Source: Proteromonas lacertae
Taxonomy: Eukaryota
Length of the DNA stretch: 41,749 nt
NCBI GenBank assembly: GCA_002245135.1
Contig: NGBS01000336.1
Coordinates: 1 to 41,749 of the forward strand
Direction of reading: 5' to 3'
A program made the translations under genes and the position numbers. This document shows, piece by piece, positions 25,230 through 36,227 of this stretch. Below the pieces are notes generated by a model that was not told the DNA's origin, did not search any database, and saw only the letters and a list, made by a program, of their open reading frames with translations. Every line of letters begins with the position of its first letter. The stretch's first letter is position 1.

Positions 25230-25655
25230 ATAATTTGCTTTTAGAAAAATGTCTGTTTTGAAAAGAAATGTGCTTTATTTACGAAATTATGATTGAATAG
25301 AAATGATTGGAATTATGTGTTTCAGCCTTTCAGATGTATATAGCATTAAGAAAGTATAAAACAGAAGAAACACGTTAGATTTAATTGAAACATGTTTATT
25401 TTATGTTTAATTTACAAGAAATCATATTTTTAGTTTGACATTGAAATGATAATATTAATAAATAAACATAAAACAAACAATTTACTGTTAATCTGATTAT
25501 ATATTTAGGAAATTAAACTATCAACAACATGCAATGTTAGGGTTTTATTTTTATGATTTCTTTGTATTTACACATACAACATAAACGAAAAAAATAAAGA
25601 ATATTCTAAAAGAATAAACACAAAAACCACTATATTTTTTATAAACTCCTTCTTT

Positions 25656-26437
25656 ATGTCAAGTGAAACAAATACTGTATTTTGATATTTTTTTATGAAT
25701 TTTAGGAGAGTACATCTCAACCTAAACCGTCTGATGCTAATGAAATGCTCCAATGCGCTATTTGTCTAAATACAGTATAGTTTGTAGTATTAATAATGAA
25801 ATAGGTATCAGAACCTATGGTTACTAAATGTGGACATTTATTTTGGTATATATTTCATTAATTTTAATAATCTAGTTGGCCTTGTATTCACGACGTATTC
25901 AATAATTAAATCTTACCATGTAATAGTGGATAGATGAATATAAACATGATGATTGCCCAAAATGTAAATCTTTAGTCACAATCGATGAATTAACACCACT
26001 ATATTTACCAGGAAGTGATAGAAAAGATCCACGGTATATTATATACATCATATTTTATGATATAGACAAAAACCTGTACCACCAAGACCAGCAGCTCATG
26101 CAGAACGACCTCATCATCATAATGGAAGTATTTTTGATAATTTGTTTGGTGGAAATATGGGTGGAGGTGGTGGTGGAGGTTTTGGTGGAAATTTCTTTAT
26201 TGGATTTGGTGGGTTAGGTTTTCCTTTGATGGTATTTATTTCAATTATCAATTGTATATCATAGGCATTTGGCAATATGGGCAATATGTTTGGTGCAAAT
26301 AATAATAATGAAAATATACCTCCGGAGCAACAAAGAATGAGAAATATGATGAATATTCTACAGGTATATTTATCATTTTTATTTTTTAGTTTGTTTTCCT
26401 CATTTTTTTCATTTTATCTATATTTAGACAATATTAA
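25656..26437 (+). CDS. RING-HC E3 ubiquitin ligase, RNF5/RNF185 (RMA1)-like
   Basis: Largely missed by the ORF track. Eight spliced exons give [28 protein letters not shown]...CPKCK...PLY...DPRQKPVPPRPA, a Gly-rich region and a C-terminal TM segment FVFLIFFILSIFRQY*. Confidence 0.88.
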
Positions 26438-26522
26438 TATATATTATTTATTTCATTTATATGAATATTTTGCTTGATAAGACAGTTAATATATAAATAA
26501 CACAAATTACATCTTTTAATAC

Positions 26523-26831
26523 TTATTTAAAATCTTCCATACTACCAGCAGGTTTTAATATCTTCTCTACAACAAAAGTTTTATTCTTACTCAATCTTCT
26601 TCCAGCTGGTATTATTGAAACTTTATCTCCCAGTTTACATTCTTCTTTCTCATCATGTGCCATTATTTTTTCTCTTCTGTATATCTCAGTATGAACTGCA
26701 TTGTTCCATTTTCTATTTAAACAGTTATATTATTAACCTAAACTTATATACAATTTATTTACAGCCACTGTGACAGTTTTTTGCATCTTTGTTGACACAA
26801 CAACTCCTACATATCGAGATATTCTATTCAT
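26523..26831 (-). CDS. Bacterial/organellar-type ribosomal protein uS17 (probably for the mitochondrion-related organelle)
   Basis: Absent from the ORF track. One 39-nt intron gives MNRISRYVGVVVSTKMQKTVTVAVNKLKW...KIMAHDEKEECKLGDKVSII...RLSKNKTFVVEKIL, colinear with bacterial S17. Confidence 0.88.
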
Positions 26832-26891
26832 TTCAAATTGAATTATATGAAACGAATATATTTTCAGAAATAATAAAAAGTCGTTAAAAAC

Positions 26892-29699
26892 ATGAATTTA
26901 TCAGATAGCGAAGAAGAAGATAAAGTAGGTGAAATGTCAACACCTGTATCACCTTCTAAACTGTGTTCAAGTCCAAATAAAAGAAAAACAATCTTAAGAT
27001 CAAGAAGGATGCTGTGTAAACAACCAAGTACAAGTGGTATATTTTTTCAAAATCTATTCTAGAATTATTTTCATCTTCTAAGGATGTTTTTAGACCGCAA
27101 TTGAAATTTGAATTATCTTCTTTATGGTGGTTTAGTATATTAAATAAATGAGCAATTCATCACTTAATTATAGGATCATTGAAACCACAGGCTCAAAACA
27201 CATTTATAGAATCTATGTCAATAAATGATTTTCTAGAAGATACTCTTCTATTTAAAGAAGGAGGAGATTGTCAAGGTTTATATGTAGTATGTAGAGGTAC
27301 TGTATCGTGTATTGAAGAAGGAAGAGAAACAGCTCCAGAGTATGTTAAACCATATGATTTGATTGGATTAACACCTTTGCTTTTAAATATACCCAATATT
27401 AATACAGCAGCGGCTGATGCAGGGACAAGAATAGTATTTTTAACAGCTGAAGATTTTGATTATATTTTTCCATCACAAATAAAAGAAGTATATTTAAATT
27501 GTTTATTTGTGTTTTTTTTATAGCAATTTAAAAAGAAAAAAATGGAAGAAATATACAGAGAAAAATTAAAAATGACAAATATAATGTACAAATGTCCAAG
27601 AGAATTAAGTAACAATTACGTTAGATTATTCAAAATAATGAAATTTAAAAAAGGAGATGTAATAATACATATGAATACAGAAGGTGATTTTCTATACTCA
27701 GTTATTGAAGGAAATGTAAATATATCAATTCCAAATCCATTATTACCCAATGAACGAATCACATTCCGTACAATCTATCCAAATGAATTTATGGGTGAAG
27801 TTGCATTGATTAATAACGTATTGAGGACAGCAGATTGTATAGCAAATACTGATGTTGTTATTATGGCATTACATAAAGTGGTCTTTTCTAGAATATTTGA
27901 TGTTAAAAAACAGTTATGGGAAGGTGCTTATAGTTTATTATTTGGAACACAATATTGTAGTGTATATATATCTTTATATATTATTATATATTTATTTTTA
28001 ATAGAATATATTATCACAACTGGATTTCTATTCTTTTCAAAACTTTGTTCCACCAAAAATGAAGAAATTGAAAGATTTGTTTCAATATATTTATGTTAAT
28101 AAAACAGGTAGAGATTTATATTTTAGAACATTTTCCACTTTAAAAGCAGATAAAAGGTCAATCATATCAGTTGGATTGGCTTATAAATATTTGAATTTCT
28201 TACATGATTTTAGTGATAGAAGGAAGTATATTTGTGTAAATAGAATGAGAGCTATTGTGTATGAAGCTTATAATGAAACTGAAGAAGAAGTGCCTGATTG
28301 CTATTGGGATATAGTAAAAGTTGTATTAGAACAAACGTATAGTCATCATTCCTATCTGTTTTTTATAATAGAACATTATTTAAAAGATTCAAAACTTATT
28401 TCACTCACAGAGAAATAAGAGCTATTTGTAGATGTTTTCAGTATGAAGATTTTGCTACATGTGATTTAATCTATGATTATGGTGATAATGCAGATTATAT
28501 AGGAATATTATTAACAGGAACTGCAAGAGTATTGGTTCAAAAGAAAGCAAGAGATCCATTTGAATGTATTGTCATCTTATCATCAGGTGATGTATATATA
28601 TATTAAATTGTTTATTTATTTTAGTCATTTGGTACTGCATTATTGTATGGTTGTGAATATAGAGTGACAAGAATCATAGCAATGAGTCATTGTGAAGTAT
28701 TAATGGTTCCTTTTCAGAGATTTGTGGATATGTTGTGTAAAAATGATTCTAATCTTACTCATTTACCTTCTATTGAAGATAAACTAACATTTTGTAAATC
28801 AATGAATGCTTTTAGTCACTATAAAGATATTAATATAAGAGAATTAGCTACAGCTTTAAAACCATTACCATATCAATATCAAATGACACTTTTTGAAGCA
28901 GGTCAAAAGACAAATGATGTGTATTTCCTATATAATACTGAAGTGAATATGAAGATAATGTATAATGGAGAAAGTATTCTAATTTATTAGTTATATTTTT
29001 AATAGTGCAAAATGTGATGGATATTGGTAAAGGACAAGTAATTGGATTAAGTGCTTTAGACCAGACTAAAAAGGCAGTTGAGAAGTATACAACAACAGTA
29101 AGTAAAAGTGGATGGATTTTAGTATTAGAAAAACAATATTTTTCTTTCCTTGATGAAAAATCAAGACAAAAAATTAGACAGAAATTGACAATATTGGAAG
29201 ATTTATTTGATATGAGATTGAAAGAAATTGATAAATTTCAAAATGAATTAGATAAAACTAAACCATATAAAACTCTCAAATTAGAACATCCTGTTTATAC
29301 TCCAATAAAAGTGAAGATCAATAGTAGTTATAATGAATATAATGAACAAAGAAGAAAGATGTTTAAAGAAAGTATTGAAATTTTCATTTTATTTTTATTT
29401 GTTGTATAGAAATTCCAAAAGTTCATACGCATAAACCACTTGTAGTTGAAAGGACAAGAAGTAGATATATTGATATATCTTATCTGATGAGAGCTTCATT
29501 TGAACCAGTAAAACCAATTCCAAAGAAAAAGAAGCCAAAAACTCCACCTCATATAGAAATTGATAGAAAAAGTGATAATTTAAAATATGAGACAGATCCT
29601 ATCAAACAAAAGCTTTACCAAATAGATAATTATTTTAATAATTTAAGATTAGATACTTTTGATAGCTATACTAAAGTAAATAATAATTTGTTAAATTAA
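26892..29699 (+). CDS. Protein with about four cyclic-nucleotide-binding domains and no kinase domain
   Basis: CNB-like blocks: LLFKEGGDCQGLYVVCRGTV; FKKGDVII...GDFLYSVIEGNV...FMGEVALINNVLRTADCIA; IYDYGDNADYIGILLTGTA...FGTALL; TLFEAGQKTNDVYFL...GQVIGL. It has many short introns. Confidence 0.8.
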
Positions 29700-29721
29700 T
29701 AGTACTATTTTGCTGTTGTTA

Positions 29722-31476
29722 TTATCTAATTACGTCAATATTGTCCAGATCCAACCTTTTATCCCATTTCGATCTCAAAGAATTAATACTGAAATAATCA
29801 AATGTGTCTTTATTAATTGAAATCGTCAATTGAGAGCATGTTTCCAACATCTTGTTTAGACAATTACAATCATTGAAATCATTCCCTATAAAAGTAACAT
29901 TATTCTTATGTATAATATACATTGCAGAGATAATTGCTTTAAACTACACAGTTTTGACATATTCTCAGCTAATTCAGTAATTCCATCATTTGTAAGGTTG
30001 TTACTAGCTAAATCTAATATTTTTATATTCCTCAAATGTTTCATGTGTTTAATTAAATGTCTAAGTCCTGAATCCTTGATTGACATATCTAACAGATAAA
30101 AGAATAATAAAAAAAAATACTATAAAAACTTACACAAGCTTCACCCCATAAATTATAATCTATTAAAATAGCAAAGTAATGTCTAATATATCTCATAGAC
30201 TGATTATTATTGGGATTATCTACAATATAATATTATACAAATTATACTATCAATTCTCATCGTCTTTAGATTCCTCAATATTTCAATTTGATTTACGATC
30301 AACTTCATCATATTTGGTGTTAAGTGTGATTGTCTTAAATCCAAATACTGTAATAATGAAACATATTTGAAACAATCAACTATTTTATTAATATGCAATT
30401 CTCTTAAATCATATCCATTCAATAAAATACAATAAGGAGTTTTTATACATCTAACAATTAAACCATTCTTTTTAAAGAATCGTTTATCAATTTCAGTATA
30501 ATGATGAGATGTTTTTAAAAATGAAGCATCACGTTTTGCCCAAATCATATTAATGAGTAGAAATAAGAATCTATTACTGGGTCTAGCATTGAAATGTCTA
30601 ACTATTTCCATTGTTAATTCTATCAATATTAAATAGAAGGGGGAAATATATATATATATATATACCATTATCTGAAGCAACTGATAGATAGGAAAATAAC
30701 CATTTCAAATTATTAAACACAATGAATCCTTTATATTTCTGTGTATCATAATATTTTGCTTCTACAATATTTGTATTATCCATTTCATCTATTATTTCTT
30801 TCACTGTAATTCTCTCTGTTGGATTATATTTCATAGTTTTCTTAAATAATTCAATAAATTTCTTTTTCAGTTTTTCATTCATTATAATATCAGATGTCTT
30901 TATTAATTCAATCATTTCTGAATAATTAAAATATGCTGGAGTATGCCCTGTTAATAAATAGAATATCAACAATCCAATTCCCCATACATCTGTTGTTGAA
31001 GTCACTTCTTTACCACTTAGTTGTTCTGGACTATAAAATTGTAGAATGTTAGTGTTATTATCACAATTAGTACGAATTGTGTTTATTGCATAATCAGATA
31101 TTGATATATGATAATCATCACTTATTAATACATTTGAAGGTTTTAAATTTCCATGAATTATGTTACTATTATTTAAAAGAAATACACCATAACATAATTG
31201 TACTAAAACTCTATTATATTCAACATATTTATATTTATGAATAGAGGTTATTGATGAAAATACATTATTGTGAATAATCTTTATTTTACTGTGAGAATAT
31301 TCAACAACTCTGTGAACAACAATATGTGATAAATTCAACTGCCTTAATGTTTTCACGAATGAACGATAATTATAAAGAACTTCAAGAGATCCTTTAAAAG
31401 TAACATACTTCACTCTATCACCGGGGAATATCTTTGATTTCACTTTACTTTGATATTTGGAGTGGCAAGATCCCAT
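29722..31476 (-). CDS. Probable pseudokinase fused to C-terminal leucine-rich repeats, with a predicted N-terminal acylation motif
   Basis: IIHGNLKPSNVLI, ISDYAI, FYSPEQL, DVWGIG and YNPTERIT. LRRs include LQYLDLRQSHL, IKILDLASNNLTNDG and LKQLSLQ. It starts MGSCHSK. Confidence 0.8.
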
Positions 31477-31613
31477 TTACTTTCTATATAAACGAATACA
31501 TAGTGAAAAAACACGAAAAGAAAAAGAAGTGTAATTTTGACATTCTTTTACCTAATATTACAGAATGAAAATAAAAAGCAAAATATTTAATTATTAAAGT
31601 TGATAATTTCAAT

Positions 31614-32782
31614 TTAATGTTTAATCAACTCATTTAAACTCTCAGCAAACTCAGTACGATCATCCTCACTTTCTATATCTATCTCTAAATTCCTACTCTT
31701 AGATTTAATAGTAACCTTCTTACCATCAGTCTTAACACTAGTAATATCTTTTAATGGAATAGAAGCGAAATCTTTATTTCCTTTTCTTCTCCAAGTCAAT
31801 TCATCTCCTGACAAAATGATAAATGTTTCATGAGGTTTACTAAATCCACCACAGTGTTTCATCACATTATAACCTCTACTTAAACTAGATCTTGCTCTTT
31901 CAGCTCTATTTTCTTGTGTTTCTTCCATTATACTTGGTGGAATAGTTGATTCAGAAACAACAACACTTTGTAAAACAACTTTACACTCTTGATTATTATC
32001 ATGCTTCTGTTGAACAAAATTATCAATTAATTTCCTTTCTATTTGTTTCAGGAGATAACATGACATTAGGTGTAGTTGATGTTGAGTTGAATGAAGTGTC
32101 ATCATTATAATTCATAGGCGTAATTGGAGCTGATAATGAAGAATTACGGAACTGAATGGGAGTTGAACCAGGCATGGAATGAATGACAGAATTATTATTA
32201 TTATTATTACTTGAATCTCGATGTTCTTGAGGAGGTGTTGGAGGTACATAAGATGTATGTTTGATCAATTCATTTAAACTATCACAAAATTCCTTTCTAT
32301 CATCTGCATTAGGTATATCAATCTCTAAATCCCTGTTTTTACCTTTAATAACAACAGTTTTATCTTCCACTGAAATATTTGATATTTCTTTTAATGGGAT
32401 TGAAGCAAAATCTTTTCCTCCTTTTCTTCTCCATGTTAATTCATCATCTGCTAATATAATGAATGTTTCATGAGGTTTACTTAATCCACTACAATGTTTT
32501 ATTACATTGTAACCTTTACTCAAACTAGATCTTGCTCTGTCTTCATAATCATTTTCCTCTTCTTCTTCAATCATTGATGGAAGTGTTGACATATTTTCAT
32601 TCTCTGATATTGTTACTGTTTTTAACACTTTTGTATTTATTCCAGTTATTGATTTTTGTTGAACATAGTTGTTGATTAATTCATCTTTTACAGTAACATC
32701 AAGTGAATCTCTACGAGTTTCAAAATCATTCCTATGTTTCTTTGGTTGTTGCAATTGAGGTGATGTTTGTTCTACTTGTTGC

Positions 32783-32827
<45 letters not shown>

Positions 32828-33609
32828 GATGGTGGTGGTTGAATAATAGATGGTAATGGAACTGGTTCTACTGAATCTTCACTCTTTACAGTATTCAGTG
32901 TAATCTGTGGAGGTTGTACAGGTTCTGGCTGAACATATTGTTCTCTTACTGGTTGTTGTTTAACAGGTTGTTGTTGTTGTTGAATTGGTTTATTTTGTTG
33001 TTGTTGTTGTTGAATTGGCTGTTGATGTTGTTGTTGATGTCTTTCATGTGTAAGAGGATTCTGTTGAGGTTTGATTGGTGATAAATTTGGATGGATATTC
33101 TGAATTGGTGATGGTTCAACAGGTGATACAGCTTCTGGTGATTTTATTGGTGTTATTTCTGGCTTTGATTCTATTGTCACAACTGGTTGAGACAGATTGT
33201 TATTATTTGGCAATGTTTTAATAGGACTTGAATCTATATGTTTAATTTCAGATTGCGGAATAACTGGAGATTGAACTGAATCATCTGTTATTTCTTTTAA
33301 AACAGCAGGATTATTAGTTGGAGTCACTAAAACAAAATCAAACTTTCGGGTTTTCTATAGGTTTCGACTGGAGTATTTGTATCAACAGTGATATTTGTAC
33401 CATAATCTGTAGGTATTGATTGATTAATTAAAATTCCATCTTGTTGAACATTAACAATATTATTGGTATTCTCAACAGTTGAAGATATTGGATTAACACC
33501 AACATTTTGACCATCCTGGTTGTTTTGATCAAGTAATGCTATTGAATTCAAAGATCAAGTATATACGTTCTTGCTCTGGTTTTTTCTTAGGAAGGCAGCA
33601 ATCAAACAT
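31614..33609 (-). CDS. Protein with a Pro/Gln-rich N-terminus and two duplicated PH-like domains
   Basis: Starts MFDCCLPKKK at 33609 with a 28-nt intron. It has two copies of ARSSLS(K/R)GYNVxKHC..SKPHETFIILxxDELTWRRKG..ASIPLKxI...RxLEIDI...DRxEF..SLNELIKH. Frame breaks near 33345 and 32030 need an atypical intron or an indel. Confidence 0.7.
31617..32680. repeat. Intragenic duplication (~31617-32030 vs ~32257-32680)
   Basis: Shared DNA such as aatgtttcatgaggtttact and aaactagatcttgctct, with matching translated domains. Confidence 0.85.
32776..32828 (-). repeat. (CAA)n microsatellite encoding poly-Gln
   Basis: Directly visible TTG run on the + strand inside the double-PH gene. Confidence 0.9.
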
Positions 33610-33713
33610 ATTATAAAACACAATAAAAACAAATGAATTTTCAAGCTTTTCTAAAAATGTTTGAATTGAAAATCCTAATCAACAAAGAAAGAATACAATG
33701 AATTGTTATAAAT

Positions 33714-34720
33714 CTATAACTTCTTTTCTTTAGGTTTATAAGTTCTTTTAAAGAAATCTAAGAAGAGGAAAAGATATGAAGTAATTATAGCAACTCCACT
33801 AATAGCGCCTAAATGTTCACCATAACATCCTCTCTTTGCGAATAACTTAGACAAATAAGCACCCCAGCATGCTATTAAGTCAATAACAAACTGAATAATT
33901 TGAAAGACAGTTAAATACTTCTTCCACCAAATACCTCTAACACCCACTGAGGTTAAGAAGTAATAATAGTACATAATAACATGTACCAGTAAGTTAATAA
34001 TGATAGGAACCCATTGTACGGTATCTCTGAAAACTAATTGTGTATAAACTAATAATAATGTAGCAGCATGATGATAAAAATGTAAAGTATCAACTGGCTT
34101 CTTTTTTAAGACCAACAGAACTGTATCAATCAATTCATAATATTTCAAAAGATAATTTGCATAATACACTAAATGTAATGAACCATTTTCGTGCATTTCT
34201 CTTGAACATATAATTCCATATAAATCTGTTGTATTGAGTGAATTAATAACAATATATAACAACATTACAAACAAAACCAATGATGAAACTGAGAGAAATA
34301 TATTGTGTACAACACAATAAGGACGGAGTGTCATTGCTTCTCTGTTTTTCATAAACTTTTCTAAACTTGGAATACCAATAACATAACTATTTCGTTTTAA
34401 AAATAAACTATATAAAAATACGCAATCACAACAATAACTGGTGGTAAAAATGTTGAAAGACTAGTTACTCCATACTCAAATCGGAAGTTTGTATCATAAT
34501 CACGAAATACTGTATATGCAGTCGAAATATAAAACAAAGCAACGATTGAGGCTAAATGTAATGGTACATATAAAAACCACTATTCATATACAGTAATAAT
34601 ATTATATATACTTGGATTGGACTTAATGAGTTTATCGACTTGGTTTTTTCTTCCTATATTTAATAAATAATAATGCATTGAATTATATAATCTATAGTAT
34701 AAATATTATACTGCTTTCAT
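33714..34720 (-). CDS. ELO/GNS1/SUR4-family fatty acid elongase
   Basis: HNIFLS, KYYELIDT, LHFYHH (HxxHH), NLLVHVIMYYYY, TVFQIIQF and a C-terminal dilysine-like KEKKL. Upstream exons were rebuilt through three introns, so the start is less certain. Confidence 0.9.
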
Positions 34721-35153
34721 TTCTTAGAAATCAATAAAATGCAAATCAAGATTGTTTGAAGGTTGGACGTATTTTTTTCAGCAAGTGTTACATGTATGTA
34801 GATGCAGTTATTCCTAATTAAGAGGAATACGATAAAAAATGAAGATTACAAGACTGTAAGGCTGTTTTTGAAGAAAAATTATTACATCTTGTTATAGTTT
34901 TAAAACCCATTTATTGTCATTTTTGATAGTTTTAAAATGTTTAAAATGTTTGATTAGATGTAAAAAGAAGATAATTATTAAATACTTGAAATTGTGATTC
35001 TTTTTATGTAAATATTCTATAGTTGTATATATAAGAGATTTATTTACTCTATTTATGAGTTCACATAACTCATATCTACTGCTTAAAGAATAAATCATTC
35101 CAATTTTTAGTAAAATATATTCGTTTTGTTATTCATTTTTCTTCATATATCTC

Positions 35154-36140
35154 ATGAATAATAGCTTTAATATTAATAGTGATGAGTTCAATAAACTTAA
35201 TTTAATTAATAAAATCAATATATTAAGGAATGAAATAATGACAAAGAAAATTAAACTAAAAGAGGTATATAAACTTCTATTACTTCACAATAGATACCAT
35301 TATATCAAACATTAGATATTAATACAAAATTGCAGATATTAGCATATTTAAAGGAACAGAAGAAAAATCTAGACAGTCTTCATCAGCCTTTAGAAAAAAT
35401 AGAGTCATTTCCCCAGAATTTATTTGGATTAAGTAAACTACCAAGTATATCATATAAAATAGCTATATGTAAATGAATAGTCTCATTTTTCTCTATTGTT
35501 GAGAATATAATGAAAGCATTTGGAGATAAGCCAAGTCCTTTAGAAAAGTCTGTATGTATTGTAACTGTTCATTGTATATATATATCCATTTAATTATAAT
35601 GATTAGTATTTTCTTGGGGCTTGAAAGTAGTAAAGAAATATAAAAGAAAGAATAATAGTTTTAATATATTATCATTCTCTAAAGATTATCCAGAAATTGT
35701 TAAAATATATAATTCAGTAAAGAAAACAAAATCATTACTTTGTGAAAAAGTAAAAGATAAGACAATTTTAACTTCAAATATGTTTAATGATATTGAAAAT
35801 GTTGATTCAAATGATTCATTTTCAATGAAACACAAACAGATATTAAAACACTTTGATGAAATAACTACATCAATGGGAATTGAAGAATATTTACTTTATT
35901 CAGAGCAAAGATGCCAAGGTTTTTCAAATAAGTGTAAAAAAGAATTTAATGAATATTTCAATATAAAACAAGATAGAATTACAAAGATTTTGAATTATTT
36001 ATTTATACAACAGTATATTTATATTTGTAATTGTATATATTATTAATAGTGTGTATGATGTTGTGTTTTCTGCAAAAAATAAATCAAAAGTTTATCCAAT
36101 TTCACCAGAAATTTATGATAATGTAATTCTATCTATTTAA
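35154..36140 (+). CDS. Divergent SPT3/SUPT3H-like histone-fold protein (SAGA subunit)
   Basis: ENIMKAFGDKPSPLEKSV resembles the SPT3 motif MMYxxGDxxxP. FDEITTSMGIEEYLLYSEQRCQGFSNK..EFNEYF and ILNYL resemble the SPT3 C-terminal motifs TxxMxxxxYxxFxExRQxSF and ILxYL. It ends PISPEIYDNVILSI*. Confidence 0.55.
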
Positions 36141-36227
36141 TATTTTTTTTGTTGTTTTTCTTTGATAATATAACAAAAAAGAAAATAAAAATGTCATTCA
36201 TATAGTAAAATATAGAATAATACTATT

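Noticed and set aside
25444..25497. Possible C/D-box snoRNA (ATGATA...CTGA)
   Set aside because: Box C is imperfect, no rRNA-complementary guide was recognisable, and such motifs are expected by chance in AT-rich DNA.
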